From positions 7,983-71,982 of IMG/VR virus record IMGVR_UViG_3300008113_000479: a stretch of 64,000 bases of DNA. One strand, given 5' to 3'. The notes under the pieces were generated by a model, which saw nothing but the letters and a program-made list of their open reading frames with translations, made no database searches and had not been told where the DNA came from. This document shows, piece by piece, positions 1-10,093 of this stretch. A program made the translations under genes and the position numbers. The DNA is from a virus (lineage: Duplodnaviria; Caudoviricetes). Positions within the stretch are counted from its first letter, which is position 1, and each line of letters starts with the position of its first letter.

Positions 1-468
1 TCACTTATATTGTATAATTTCATGTATTTGGCAATAAGATCTGATCTCATATCTTTAACTAAATCAGCAACCATATATTTCTTCATATCTTTATTATACC
101 CTACCTAGGAGTTGCAGGTAAATCTTGACCTATTTCTCAGCTCATTATTGGCTATATTCATGGCCATATCTTGGCTTCTTGCATAGCCATAAGTGAGAAT
201 TTTGCCATTTGAGCTTTATATATGGCTTATCCTCTTTAATGGTTATTTCCATCTAACCCTCATTTTTTTATATACTTTATATCCAGCATATATACCTACA
301 ATAATTAATATTATTAATATGGATCTGCTTAAATGGCTATATGGTTCCCAACATACATTTCCTGTATAGCAGTCATCTGTCACTCCTCTTCCTCCATATC
401 TATATGCTCTTCAAAGTCCAGCCATGCTTCCAAATTATCTAAAAATCCCATTTTATATCCCCTCCCCG

Positions 469-717
469 CTACCGCTCATTAGCCTCATTTAACCATTGAT
501 CTTCCCATAAGCCCATAATAGACTCATTGCCTATATCATCAAAGTAATACCTATTCTTGCTGATATTAAAGCTCCAGCCCTTCCAAAGACCATCTTCATC
601 CCAAGTAAGATTAGTAGGTATTTCATTCTTTTCATGTTCGGCAAGCATTTGTAGCAATTCGCTATTATCTCTTATTAACCCCTTAAGTGCCCATCTAAAC
701 TTAAAATATCTAATCAT
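469..717 (-). CDS. hypothetical phage protein
   Basis: 82-aa ORF with a 4-nt overlap to the upstream ORF. Confidence 0.6.
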   Translation of the reverse strand: MIRYFKFRWALKGLIRDNSELLQMLAEHEKNEIPTNLTWDEDGLWKGWSFNISKNRYYFDDIGNESIMGLWEDQWLNEANER

Positions 718-953
718 TCTTCATCCAATTCATCTAGTAGATCCTCAATATCATCATCAATCCAAGCTTTAAATTTCTCATAAAATCTTGTGGACATTTC
801 TTCTAATTCATTGATAATCCAAATCATCTCATTTTGGCTAAAATCATCAATATGGTCCAATATAAAGTCATCAATTAGATTAAGGGTTTCATTTCTAAGG
901 TCAGGTACTGACATTATGCCTTCTCTCTTTTCCGCTTCACTTTTCGCTTGCAC
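714..953 (-). CDS. acidic hypothetical protein (true start probably at MSVPDL)
   Basis: ORF downstream of a TTGACT-17-TATAAT promoter at 970-998. Confidence 0.6.
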   Translation of the reverse strand: MQAKSEAEKREGIMSVPDLRNETLNLIDDFILDHIDDFSQNEMIWIINELEEMSTRFYEKFKAWIDDDIEDLLDELDEE

Positions 954-990
954 TAATTGGGATCTATATATTATATATTATATATATATT

Positions 991-1221
991 CTAGTCAACT
1001 GATTTATTTAAGTCTATATTCATTCCTTTTGGAGTCTGTCTATACCAGGATTCTGGATAATCTATATGTTTAAGTTTGGGGACTATTCTTCTGATCTCGT
1101 ATAGACATATAAGGCATTCTCCTATATATAGGTAATTACCTGATTCAAGGGCATTTATAGCTGTAGTCCTGCCTCTTACTACTATCTCACAATACTTGCA
1201 ATAGGCATCAAATTCTTTCAC
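991..1221 (-). CDS. small zinc-ribbon protein
   Basis: CKYC and CLIC pairs. Confidence 0.6.
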   Translation of the reverse strand: MKEFDAYCKYCEIVVRGRTTAINALESGNYLYIGECLICLYEIRRIVPKLKHIDYPESWYRQTPKGMNIDLNKSVD

Positions 1222-1375
1222 TATATAGCCTCTCTATACATGCAGGTAGGGCATTTATCTTTATTTTGTTCTATCTTTTTAAAAGTAGTATCATATCTTA
1301 CCCCGCAAATATAACAAAGTTTATTTACTTTACCATTAAATCTACTTTCCCAATATATCAAACTTCTAAATTTAA

Positions 1376-1930
1376 TCATATTAACCTCCCTCTAAATGTG
1401 GTAATTGGACCCCTATAGTCATCCTCATCCGACCACTTGCCTGTGCTATACCCAGCTTCTGATATGTCCAATAGTTTATCCTGAATCCATTTGTTTTCAG
1501 TTATAATTGTAGCATTTTTAGTTATATTGCAATAGCCATGGGAGGGCTTTACATTTTCAATAGTATTGTCTCCGCCCCTAGATAATGGTATTACATGATC
1601 AATATGTAGGCCTTCCTCCCAACCCTCTTTTCCTACCTGCCTTGGAGCATCTAAGTCTATTGGATTTTTGCATATATGGCAAGATGTTCCATATTTTTCT
1701 AATATATCTTTTTCTAGTATTGTATGATTATTTAATGCTGCCAGTCTTCTTGCACGAGATTTACGGCTATTGGATCTTATTTGATCTGGGCGTCTTTTTA
1801 ATTCATTACGCCAATACATTATTTCAGCAGTTCTGCATTCTTCACACGCTAACTCTTTAGCGTCTCTTCTGTGCCAGTCATAGCCAGACCTTGTACCGCA
1901 ATCTGGCTTGACTCTATGTCTTTTGCCCAA
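1376..1930 (-). CDS. HNH endonuclease
   Basis: CHICKNPID, HIDHVIPLSRGGDNTIENVKPSHGYCN; N-terminal CGTRSGYDWHRR...CEEC motif. Confidence 0.9.
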   Translation of the reverse strand: MGKRHRVKPDCGTRSGYDWHRRDAKELACEECRTAEIMYWRNELKRRPDQIRSNSRKSRARRLAALNNHTILEKDILEKYGTSCHICKNPIDLDAPRQVGKEGWEEGLHIDHVIPLSRGGDNTIENVKPSHGYCNITKNATIITENKWIQDKLLDISEAGYSTGKWSDEDDYRGPITTFRGRLI

Positions 1931-1932
1931 GA

Positions 1933-2037
1933 CTATTTATTCTTTAATTTTACCTTTTGCGTAGCTTGTTTAAAACCCAAGCCATATGAACCTAACATCA
2001 GTAATACAATTGCTGCTGAATGTAATAAATAGAACAT
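1933..2037 (-). CDS. 34-aa membrane peptide
   Basis: Read manually: MFYLLHSAAIVLLMLGSYGLGFKQATQKVKLKNK with AAGGAG RBS. Confidence 0.5.
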   Translation of the reverse strand: MFYLLHSAAIVLLMLGSYGLGFKQATQKVKLKNK

Positions 2038-2045
2038 ATCTCTCC

Positions 2046-4082
2046 TTATTTTACGTCAAATCGGTCTAGCATCATAACCTTGTCCCACGCTGAAACGAAG
2101 TCTTTAATAAATTTATCTTTAGCATCATCCGATGCATACACCTCGGCAATTGCACGAAGTTCTGAATTAGATGCAAGTATAAGGTCTACACGAGGAATGC
2201 CGTTTGCTTGATTAGCATTGGTATACGATAATAGCTGAATTAAGTAATCATTATTTAATTTATTATTGTTTAATGATCTTAAACCAGATAGCAATACTAC
2301 TAATTCTACTGGAGTTAGGCCAAGAAGATTAGCTTTTTCTACCAACAATACCTCTTCTGGTATATTAATATCCTTGTGTACATAGTTTCTAAATCCATCA
2401 AATTTTGGCTCAAGAACTGCAAATGATTCAACATCAGTCTGTTCTTGTGTTGCGTCTCCACGTCCTGGGGTAAATGGAACTTTAATTTGATCCTCCGCAA
2501 TTTTTTCAATTGCAGCACATCCTGCTAAAACAATTAAGTCGGCAATAGATGCATTAGACTCATCTTTAATAGATTCTAAGAAATTAATAACCTTTGATAT
2601 TACCTCTTGATTATTTACTTTCCATGTATTTTGTGGTTGTAATCTTATACGGGCACCATTTGCTCCGCCACGCTTATCTGTTTTACGGAAGGTAGAAGCA
2701 GAAGCCCAAGCAGTTTCTATAAAATAAGACATAGGAATATCAGAATATTTAATTTTATTCTTAATACTATCTGTATCAATATTTGTATTGGATGAGCCTA
2801 CTGGATCCTGCCAAATTAATTCCTCTGTAGGAACTTCTTTGCCAAGATATCTTGCAATAGGTCCCATGTCTCTGTGTGTTAGCTTAAACCATGCACGGGC
2901 AAATACATCTGAAAAATAATCAAAATCTTCTAAAAATCTTTTAGAAATTTTTTCATATTCTGGATCAAATCTAAGTGCTAAATCTGCTGTAGTCATTACT
3001 GGAGCATGGAATTTTCCTTCAATGTGAGCATCTGGAACTAAATTAGATGCAGAGTCATCTGTAGGTATCCATTGTGTTGCTCCTGCAGGGCTTTTTGTTT
3101 GAGTCCATTCATATTTAAATAATAATTTAAGATATGAGTTATCCCATTTAGTTGGAGTTGGGGTCCATGCGCCTTCAATACCACTTGTAATTGTGTCCTC
3201 TGCATTTCCTTTTCCAAATGAATTTTTCCATCCTAAACCTAAGTCTTCAATTGGAGAAGATTCTGGATTAGATCCGACATGAGACGGGTCACCAGCGCCA
3301 TGAGCTTTTCCAAATGCGTGACCTCCTGCAATTAAAGCAACTGTTTCTTCATCATTCATTGCCATACGAGCAAATGTTTCACGAATATCTCTTGCAGAAA
3401 GAATTGGGTCTGGCTCTCCGTTAGGTCCTTCTGGATTTACATATATAAGACCCATTTGAACAGCAGCAAGTGGATTTTCTAATTCACGATTTCCGCTATA
3501 ACGATTATCTGCAAGCCATTCCTTTTCTGTTCCCCAGTATGTATCATCAGACTCCCAGACATCTTCTCGACCACCAGCAAAACCAAATGTTTTGAATCCC
3601 ATATTTTCAAGAGCCACATTACCAGCAAGAATCATAAGGTCTGCCCATGAAATTTGTTTTCCATATTTTTGTTTAATTGGCCATAATAAACGACGAGCTT
3701 TGTCTAAGTTTCCATTGTCTGGCCATGAATTTTGTGGAGCAAATCTATGCAGTCCTTCTCCAGCACCTCCACGCCCATCAGCAATTCTGTATGTTCCTGC
3801 TGAATGCCAGGACATACGAATAAAAAATGGTCCATAGTTTCCGTAATCTGCAGGCCACCAATCCTGAGAAGTTGTTAGTAGCTGATTAATATCATTTTTA
3901 ATAGTATCAAGATCTAAACTTTCAAACTCTTTAGCGTAATTAAAATCATCTGACATTGGGTTAGATTTTTCTGAATGCTTTCTTAATCCAGATAAATCTA
4001 ATTGATTAGGCCACCAATCATTATTATATGTTCCGTTATTATTTAAACTATTTCCTGTAAATGGACATTTTGCGTCGCTCAT
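2046..4082 (-). CDS. katG: catalase-peroxidase
   Basis: [19 protein letters not shown] (distal R/W/H), [35 protein letters not shown] (adduct Met, proximal His), C-terminal DRFD. Confidence 0.97.
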   Translation of the reverse strand: MSDAKCPFTGNSLNNNGTYNNDWWPNQLDLSGLRKHSEKSNPMSDDFNYAKEFESLDLDTIKNDINQLLTTSQDWWPADYGNYGPFFIRMSWHSAGTYRIADGRGGAGEGLHRFAPQNSWPDNGNLDKARRLLWPIKQKYGKQISWADLMILAGNVALENMGFKTFGFAGGREDVWESDDTYWGTEKEWLADNRYSGNRELENPLAAVQMGLIYVNPEGPNGEPDPILSARDIRETFARMAMNDEETVALIAGGHAFGKAHGAGDPSHVGSNPESSPIEDLGLGWKNSFGKGNAEDTITSGIEGAWTPTPTKWDNSYLKLLFKYEWTQTKSPAGATQWIPTDDSASNLVPDAHIEGKFHAPVMTTADLALRFDPEYEKISKRFLEDFDYFSDVFARAWFKLTHRDMGPIARYLGKEVPTEELIWQDPVGSSNTNIDTDSIKNKIKYSDIPMSYFIETAWASASTFRKTDKRGGANGARIRLQPQNTWKVNNQEVISKVINFLESIKDESNASIADLIVLAGCAAIEKIAEDQIKVPFTPGRGDATQEQTDVESFAVLEPKFDGFRNYVHKDINIPEEVLLVEKANLLGLTPVELVVLLSGLRSLNNNKLNNDYLIQLLSYTNANQANGIPRVDLILASNSELRAIAEVYASDDAKDKFIKDFVSAWDKVMMLDRFDVK

Positions 4083-4109
4083 TATTTATCTTTCTACTAG
4101 TAGTTACTT

Positions 4110-4139
4110 ATTATACAATATAATTGACAGTTTAGTCAA
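4110..4139 (-). promoter_or_regulatory. sigma70-type promoter of katG with an overlapping TTGAC-N6-GTCAA palindrome
   Basis: TTGACT-18nt-TATAAT on the minus strand. Confidence 0.7.
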
Positions 4140-4145
4140 TAGGTT

Positions 4146-4823
4146 TTAACAGGTCTCTTCTGTGCTTGGGGCAGGAAATTCGCCATTCCATGAAGCACCG
4201 TATAAAGTATGCCTCCAATTTCCAGATGTAATTCTAGTTACTCTATGTGTAAATTCTTCTGTTACTGGGACTAGTACAAGCATACCAGCTTTAGGTTTAA
4301 TTTTATATGATTTATGTTTAAACTCTAACTCTCCACCTTCAAAATCATCATTTAAATAAATAGACAACGATCTATTAAATGCGGGCATAGGGCTGCCTGC
4401 AGCCCACTCTGAATGCCAGTCCATTGCATAATCAATTTTTGATGCTTCTTCTAATGTAATATTTTTAGCTTCCGCAATTTCTTCATTAGTACAATACTTA
4501 AATGTTTGAAGAGCATTATGAGGTTTATAAATAGGTGGCATTACCTTAAATAATCTATCATATATACCCATAGGTCTATGAAAAACTTCATGATTTATTA
4601 CAGGTTCATCTCCAGGAACTCCAGTACTGCCGTCAGGTCTTCTTGGTAAATCAACTGATATAAATTTATTTAAAATATTTTTATATGGAGAACGCATAGT
4701 TGTGTACCACCCTTGATGGTCATCCATGTATGGCTTAAAAAAATCTAATTCTTCTTGTGTTAAAAAATTATCAATATATTGAAGATCTCCTTCAATTGTA
4801 ATTAAATCAAGATTATATTCCAC
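4146..4823 (-). CDS. 2OG-Fe(II) oxygenase (prolyl 4-hydroxylase-like)
   Basis: WHSE, YLNDDFEGGEL, THRVTRITSGNWR. Confidence 0.88.
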   Translation of the reverse strand: MEYNLDLITIEGDLQYIDNFLTQEELDFFKPYMDDHQGWYTTMRSPYKNILNKFISVDLPRRPDGSTGVPGDEPVINHEVFHRPMGIYDRLFKVMPPIYKPHNALQTFKYCTNEEIAEAKNITLEEASKIDYAMDWHSEWAAGSPMPAFNRSLSIYLNDDFEGGELEFKHKSYKIKPKAGMLVLVPVTEEFTHRVTRITSGNWRHTLYGASWNGEFPAPSTEETC

Positions 4824-4839
4824 AATTATTCTCCTTTAT

Positions 4840-5430
4840 TTATTGAATTGAGGCTATTAAAGAAACCCTAGGCTCATTTATTATAGATTGATGAATTATT
4901 CCTTTAGGCATATACAATACGTCACCAGCTTCTATTATAAAGGATTCATATGGTTCATTTTCTAAACTTAACGGCTGTTCAAATGGATATTCACTACTAT
5001 CTTTATAAATTTTATACTCTACAGAGTTTATCCAGGTCCAAGAATATACTTCTGAATAATCTTTATGTATACTATTATTTTCTCCAGAGCCTAAAAAATC
5101 TATTAATATTTTAAAATTCATTTGATTAACGTGTTTTTTATCTAAAGAAAAAATATTGGACATTTCATCACACTCTGGTAAATTTATAAACCATGCCTGT
5201 AAATCAAGTGCTCCATATTTAAATAAAGGAACAGTTTGATTTTTTTTATTTTTTAAAAATTCATCATGATTTATCCACTCACCATAATTTGGAATTTCAT
5301 TAAATTTTTTATCTAAATATTTCATAACATAGTTCCAGTCTGGTGTATCTTTTAATATACCTTTAAATAAAACTGGTTTATTTATATTTTTAGCATTATT
5401 AATTTCTGATTTTATTTGTAAATTATTCAA
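4840..5430 (-). CDS. JmjC/cupin-like hydroxylase
   Basis: IHKD and IEAGDVLYMPKGIIHQ. Confidence 0.8.
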   Translation of the reverse strand: MNNLQIKSEINNAKNINKPVLFKGILKDTPDWNYVMKYLDKKFNEIPNYGEWINHDEFLKNKKNQTVPLFKYGALDLQAWFINLPECDEMSNIFSLDKKHVNQMNFKILIDFLGSGENNSIHKDYSEVYSWTWINSVEYKIYKDSSEYPFEQPLSLENEPYESFIIEAGDVLYMPKGIIHQSIINEPRVSLIASIQ

Positions 5431-6245
5431 TTATTATTTCCTATCGTTCCAAATATTCCTCTAAGTCTTCTTTGATCTTTATTAAATCCTCCATTAACCG
5501 CATGAGCTAATTTAAATAAATCTGGCACCAATAAGTCCCCCTGTTGCCATATGTGTTCAAGTTTTATATCGCTGTCTAACCAAACTTTAGTAAATATTTC
5601 ATCGTGCAATAAATTAAATTTATCTTTATCTAACTCAGTCGGAGGCATTCCGTTAATAGAATGAAGATTTACTTTTTCACCTCTACCATAAAATGTTCTA
5701 ATAGTTTTATCATTTGTAATCCAATGATTTAATACTAATTTATAAATTGTATCTTCACTATTTTTATTTTCATTTTCTGATTGCCAATAGTTTTTTATTG
5801 AAACAGTACATGAATTTAAAAATTCTTGATCTGTTGTTGTGAATGAGTTATATATTTTTGACATATCTATAAAATATGTTTTACCAGTGTCTGGTTCACA
5901 ATTAAACAATTCCATGTTCCACATACCGCTTACATATATATTTTCATTATCTTCTACATGTTCTTGATGCCAACCAAGTATAATTTCATTTTTATTATTT
6001 ATATTTTTTTCAGTTATATGCTTATGATGATCTTCTACATACTCTGAAGGTTTAGTATCCTGTGAATTTGGATACCAATTTAAATTATCCCCAAACAAAT
6101 GCATTATTTTTGTTTGAGTTTCAAAATCTACATTTGCATTTCTAAATGCAATTATTTGTTCATTTAAAAAAATATCCTTGTAAATATTAAAATTATTTTT
6201 TAACTCATCATATCCAGGAAACTCTATAGTTTTTATTGTATTCAT
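5427..6245 (-). CDS. TauD/TfdA-family dioxygenase
   Basis: WHQEH, GKTYFIDM, WQQGDLLVPDLFKLAHAV..R. Confidence 0.85.
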   Translation of the reverse strand: MNTIKTIEFPGYDELKNNFNIYKDIFLNEQIIAFRNANVDFETQTKIMHLFGDNLNWYPNSQDTKPSEYVEDHHKHITEKNINNKNEIILGWHQEHVEDNENIYVSGMWNMELFNCEPDTGKTYFIDMSKIYNSFTTTDQEFLNSCTVSIKNYWQSENENKNSEDTIYKLVLNHWITNDKTIRTFYGRGEKVNLHSINGMPPTELDKDKFNLLHDEIFTKVWLDSDIKLEHIWQQGDLLVPDLFKLAHAVNGGFNKDQRRLRGIFGTIGNNN

Positions 6246-6247
6246 TA

Positions 6248-6946
6248 TTATTTATTAACTGGCCTATAGGAAGTTGCAGAAGTCTTTGGCATAATTTGTC
6301 CTTTAGCCCACTCTTCTCGTAATTTTTCTCTTAAAGGATTACTATCTTCTTTTATTTTTTTTAAATCAACATCGTATACGCTATCTGCGTAGTCATATGA
6401 TCCCATCATTGTGTATCTAGTACCAGATGTTACTTCAGTAACTGCATGTACATTTTTAATCCCTACATCAAAAACAATGACTGATCCAATTTCTGGTTTA
6501 AAAGCAAGCTTATGATCTCTAAAAGTTAAAAGTCCTCCTTCAAAGTCATCATTTAAATATATCATTGTAACTAATTTATTTTCCTGCCAAGCATTAGGAG
6601 TGCCATCAAGTTCAGTATTATCTGAATGATCCGCTGCAAATGCTCCTGGCTCCCACCTATGCGAACTCAAACTTATTTGTTTTAATTTTCTATTAAATAC
6701 TTTTTCTGCTAATTCCTGTGAAGCTAATTGAAATTTTCTTAAAGATTGTCCACCCTCTGGAGTATGTGGTTTTTTACCAGCTATAGTATACATATTGTAA
6801 AAGCAAGACAGCATCCAGTCATCAAGTTCTTTCCAATAAGAAATTATATAGTTGCACTCTTCTTTTGTAAAAACATTTTTATATTCAACAATGTCAGATT
6901 TATGTATAATTTCTGTCATATTTGAGGGGTAAGTTATTTTTTCCAT
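6248..6946 (-). CDS. 2OG-Fe(II) oxygenase (P4H-like)
   Basis: DHSD, YLNDDFEGG, HAVTEVTSGTRY. Confidence 0.9.
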   Translation of the reverse strand: MEKITYPSNMTEIIHKSDIVEYKNVFTKEECNYIISYWKELDDWMLSCFYNMYTIAGKKPHTPEGGQSLRKFQLASQELAEKVFNRKLKQISLSSHRWEPGAFAADHSDNTELDGTPNAWQENKLVTMIYLNDDFEGGLLTFRDHKLAFKPEIGSVIVFDVGIKNVHAVTEVTSGTRYTMMGSYDYADSVYDVDLKKIKEDSNPLREKLREEWAKGQIMPKTSATSYRPVNK

Positions 6947-6954
6947 AATGTCTA

Positions 6955-7179
6955 TTATACCATCCTATCCCAAATAACGTAAGTGGATTCAGTTTTTCTT
7001 TTATTATATAGGTCTATAGATAATTTTTTATTTGTTCCTTGATAGCGCTCTCCAGTTTCCATATCTACTAGCATCCATTTTGCAGGACATTTTGTATAGA
7101 CTGTAATTGTAACTGGATTTTCCAACTCCTCAACTTTATCACCATTTAATAACTTTCTATGTTTCATTAATTTAGCCAA
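6955..7179 (-). CDS. hypothetical phage protein
   Basis: 74-aa ORF in the operon; TKCPAKWMLVDMETGE. Confidence 0.65.
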   Translation of the reverse strand: MAKLMKHRKLLNGDKVEELENPVTITVYTKCPAKWMLVDMETGERYQGTNKKLSIDLYNKRKTESTYVIWDRMV

Positions 7180-7793
7180 CTAACTATAGAATATCTAGTT
7201 CCATTTTTTATTGGTTTTACTGAATGATTGTATACGTACGTTGATGGGAAAACAAGAAATTCATTTGCCTTTGGCTTATATTCAATATTAAATCTTGGAA
7301 AACAAATTTCTCCACCCTCATAATCATCATTTATATACCAAACTGTAGATATAGTTCTTGGTTCAAATATATTATGGTCAATATGATCTGAAAACTGAGA
7401 TCCTTTGGAATATTTTAAAATAGAATATCCTCTGTGTTCTGGAACTACAACATTATAATAATTTTGATAATCTAATTCTAATGGTGCAGAAAACTCTGTC
7501 ACTTTATCTCTTACATAAGATTCCAGCATATGTTTTTGAGAGAATATATCATTATTTATTTTATTGTACTCAACAAAGTATGTTTTTGAGCTTCTGCTTT
7601 GATCAATTGTTGATTCTCCATCTTTATAAACATATGAATCGGCCCAAAAAATTTCTGGATTATTAAGGTCCATAAAATGTTCTATGGCTGGAATGAACTG
7701 TTCATGGGTTTTCATAACATTTGAATATACCATAATACCTGGAGCTATTTCCTTTTTATTTATCATTAAACCACCAATGATCTGACTCAGCAA
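7167..7793 (-). CDS. 2OG-Fe(II) oxygenase (P4H-like); start probably at MINKKEIAPG
   Basis: DHID, YINDDYEGGEI, HSVKPIKNGTRY; paralog of 44725..45336. Confidence 0.9.
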   Translation of the reverse strand: MLSQIIGGLMINKKEIAPGIMVYSNVMKTHEQFIPAIEHFMDLNNPEIFWADSYVYKDGESTIDQSRSSKTYFVEYNKINNDIFSQKHMLESYVRDKVTEFSAPLELDYQNYYNVVVPEHRGYSILKYSKGSQFSDHIDHNIFEPRTISTVWYINDDYEGGEICFPRFNIEYKPKANEFLVFPSTYVYNHSVKPIKNGTRYSIVSWLN

Positions 7794-8268
7794 AATGAAA
7801 AAATATCATTGCTACTTTTTGATTTTCTGGATTTGGAAAACTTTCTCTCCAATGCATTTGATCTTCTCCGCAATAAGCTATTGCTTCGTTCGGATACAGA
7901 GTATAAGATTGGTTTTCTATCCATAGGTCCCAGGGTTCGGTTTGATATACACACATATCTATTGTATATGTGCAAGCATTTTTATCTTTATGTTTAAATA
8001 AACTAGCATTGTTTTCATAATGAACAAATAAAGAATATGTAGGGAGTATATTTTGATTACTAAATATATTTTTAGCAATAGGTAAAATTTTGTTAGACCA
8101 CTCTTTTAAAATTGGTCTTCCAACCATGTCTATAGAATATCTGGAAAACTCTTTTTCTATTGGAAATGTATTATAGTCAGTAAATGAATTAGATATGATA
8201 TCAAAGTCTTCTTTATTAAATAAATTTTTTATAATTTTTGGTTTAAAAGATTGTAAATCATAATTCAT
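7756..8268 (-). CDS. 2OG-Fe(II) oxygenase-like protein
   Basis: KHKD..CTYTID, HWRE, IFFHF. Confidence 0.75.
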   Translation of the reverse strand: MNYDLQSFKPKIIKNLFNKEDFDIISNSFTDYNTFPIEKEFSRYSIDMVGRPILKEWSNKILPIAKNIFSNQNILPTYSLFVHYENNASLFKHKDKNACTYTIDMCVYQTEPWDLWIENQSYTLYPNEAIAYCGEDQMHWRESFPNPENQKVAMIFFHFAESDHWWFNDK

Positions 8269-8369
8269 TAAATAATTCCTATGTTTTCAAATCGATCAAT
8301 TTGATCATCTATGTCATTTAAAATATCAATATCCAGATCTGACGAACTGGATATTGACTTTGTGCACAT
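8268..8369 (-). CDS. 33-aa acidic peptide
   Basis: Read manually: MCTKSISSSSDLDIDILNDIDDQIDRFENIGII; its stop overlaps the next ATG. Confidence 0.5.
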   Translation of the reverse strand: MCTKSISSSSDLDIDILNDIDDQIDRFENIGII

Positions 8370-8372
8370 AAA

Positions 8373-8591
8373 CTATACTTTCTTTGGCCTACCTGTTTTT
8401 TTAGGACCCATATTTGTTTCTCTACGGATGCCATGTTTATTACGATCAACTCTTGTCATTGATCTTTGATTTGCAATTCCAGATCTAAACTTACCTTGAT
8501 TTGGATTTTTACGAGTAGCTTCTTGAGAAGTTACTGCACCAGATGGCTCATTATTTGGTGGAGTTTGCATTCCAGTTCCGTTATCACTCAT
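8373..8591 (-). CDS. 72-aa basic, probably disordered protein
   Basis: ORF coupled to the upstream peptide; K/R-rich C-terminus. Confidence 0.65.
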   Translation of the reverse strand: MSDNGTGMQTPPNNEPSGAVTSQEATRKNPNQGKFRSGIANQRSMTRVDRNKHGIRRETNMGPKKTGRPKKV

Positions 8592-8733
8592 TGATGAATG
8601 AAGTTCTTTGTTGTGGAGTTGCTGTCATGTTTAATGTTAAACCAGCTTCTCCGTCTCTTGTTACATCTAACATAGGAGCAGAAACAATTCCTGTTTCGCT
8701 ACCTACTGATTCGCAGCCACATTCGTAACACAT
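8584..8733 (-). CDS. 49-aa peptide with N-terminal CxxCxC
   Basis: Read manually: MCYECGCESVGSETGIVSAPMLDVTRDGEAGLTLNMTATPQQRTSFINE. Confidence 0.65.
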   Translation of the reverse strand: MCYECGCESVGSETGIVSAPMLDVTRDGEAGLTLNMTATPQQRTSFINE

Positions 8734-8736
8734 AAA

Positions 8737-8886
8737 TTACTTAGGGCCTTGTGCTTGTGCTTGATTTGAAACATCTGTTGATGGGAATGCTGCCTTTGGT
8801 GCTTCTGTGTATGACTCTGTTGGCCATGGTGAAGATCCTGCTGGCTTAGTCTCGTTAAAGCCTGTTAAATTTTTTCCGTCTGACAT
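8737..8886 (-). CDS. 49-aa Pro/Ser/Thr-rich peptide
   Basis: Read manually: MSDGKNLTGFNETKPAGSSPWPTESYTEAPKAAFPSTDVSNQAQAQGPK; AGGAG RBS and TGCTATAAT promoter upstream. Confidence 0.7.
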   Translation of the reverse strand: MSDGKNLTGFNETKPAGSSPWPTESYTEAPKAAFPSTDVSNQAQAQGPK

Positions 8887-8962
8887 TTTATATCTCCTAT
8901 AGGTTGTATTTAGATGGGTCTAGAAGTCCATCTATGAATATATTATAGCATTTAAGAAATTA

Positions 8963-9586
8963 CTACCCCAAAACGGTGTCTAAGCCACGATATTCTGAGG
9001 GCCAGAAGAAAGAAACTATAACATTTCTTTGACCTTCAGTTACTTTAGATACCCTATGTGGTAAATCATGGGATCCCTGAAAAAAAATAAATGTTCCAGG
9101 ATTTGGCTTAATGTAAAAATTTTCTTCTGGAAATTCTAATATACCGCCTTCGTATCCATCATTTAAATAAAGAAGCCCAGACCAATCGTCTTTTGAATTT
9201 TTTCTAATACTTTCTATATTATCAATTTCATGATAATTATCAGTATGTAAATCATTTTCTGATCCTTTTAACATTAGGCTATAAAACATAGTTTTTATAT
9301 CCATTTGTTTATTTGTAAAATTAGATATAGTATTAGACATTGAGCTACAAACCATGGTTAATAAATCGACTGCTAAGTCATGCTGATTTTCATTTTTGTA
9401 TTTTATTATAGGATTACCACATTGATACGTATAGCCATCTTCAGGTTTTAATGATGGACCACCTTTAATTTGAAAATTAGGTGTATCTGATAAATCTTTA
9501 TTAAATACCTCTGTAATAAGATTTGCACTACTAGTAGATATATAATTTTCAATTATATAAATTTTATTGTTTATATTTTTTATCAA
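8963..9586 (-). CDS. 2OG-Fe(II) oxygenase (P4H-like)
   Basis: LHTD, YLNDGYEGGIL, HRVSKVTEGQR. Confidence 0.9.
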   Translation of the reverse strand: MIKNINNKIYIIENYISTSSANLITEVFNKDLSDTPNFQIKGGPSLKPEDGYTYQCGNPIIKYKNENQHDLAVDLLTMVCSSMSNTISNFTNKQMDIKTMFYSLMLKGSENDLHTDNYHEIDNIESIRKNSKDDWSGLLYLNDGYEGGILEFPEENFYIKPNPGTFIFFQGSHDLPHRVSKVTEGQRNVIVSFFWPSEYRGLDTVLG

Positions 9587-9729
9587 TTCCTATATTTTCC
9601 GTAGCATTCTTTACATACCCAGGAGTAAACATTTAAATCTTTAATAATTTTTGTTGCTTTATTTTCACAATTGTCTTTTTCACACATGCTATGAATTAAT
9701 GGATTTTCTGACTTTATTACTGAACTCAC
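9583..9729 (-). CDS. 48-aa Cys-containing protein
   Basis: Read manually; GTG start, CEKDNC and CKEC; 4-nt overlaps at both ends. Confidence 0.55.
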   Translation of the reverse strand: MSSVIKSENPLIHSMCEKDNCENKATKIIKDLNVYSWVCKECYGKYRN

Positions 9730-9944
9730 TTTACCTTTTTCCCAAATTTATCCCATGCTCTTTCATGTAGAAAGAATCCTAGCATTTCGCATAGTGTATA
9801 AATTATTGCAAATGCTCCAGCATATTCCCAATGTGCCTCACCAGTAATAGCTTTTTCAAATAAATATACTAATGTGCCAACGAATAAAATATGTACTGCT
9901 GGCCATGTTAGTGCTTTATATAAACTTCTTTTTTTGCTATCCAT
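9726..9944 (-). CDS. small membrane protein, DUF2061-like
   Basis: KRSLYKALTW and FFLHERAW with two hydrophobic helices. Confidence 0.75.
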   Translation of the reverse strand: MDSKKRSLYKALTWPAVHILFVGTLVYLFEKAITGEAHWEYAGAFAIIYTLCEMLGFFLHERAWDKFGKKVK

Positions 9945-10093
9945 TGTTTCCTCTACTTAATTTATTATATATGTAATTAATTACTTCATTAGGCTTCCAC
10001 TCATATGGTAACTCTAAATATTTAATTTCTTTTAATATATTCTCTCTTATTTGATCTTCTATATAATCCACATATATATTCTATCATTTAAAT

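Noticed and set aside
100-260. Possible frameshifted small gene (MEITIKEDKPYI / SSNGKILTYGY)
   Set aside because: Too short to support without homology evidence.
964-990. (TA)n-rich tract as a microsatellite or origin
   Set aside because: Explained as the -10 and spacer of a TTGACT-17-TATAAT promoter in AT-rich DNA.
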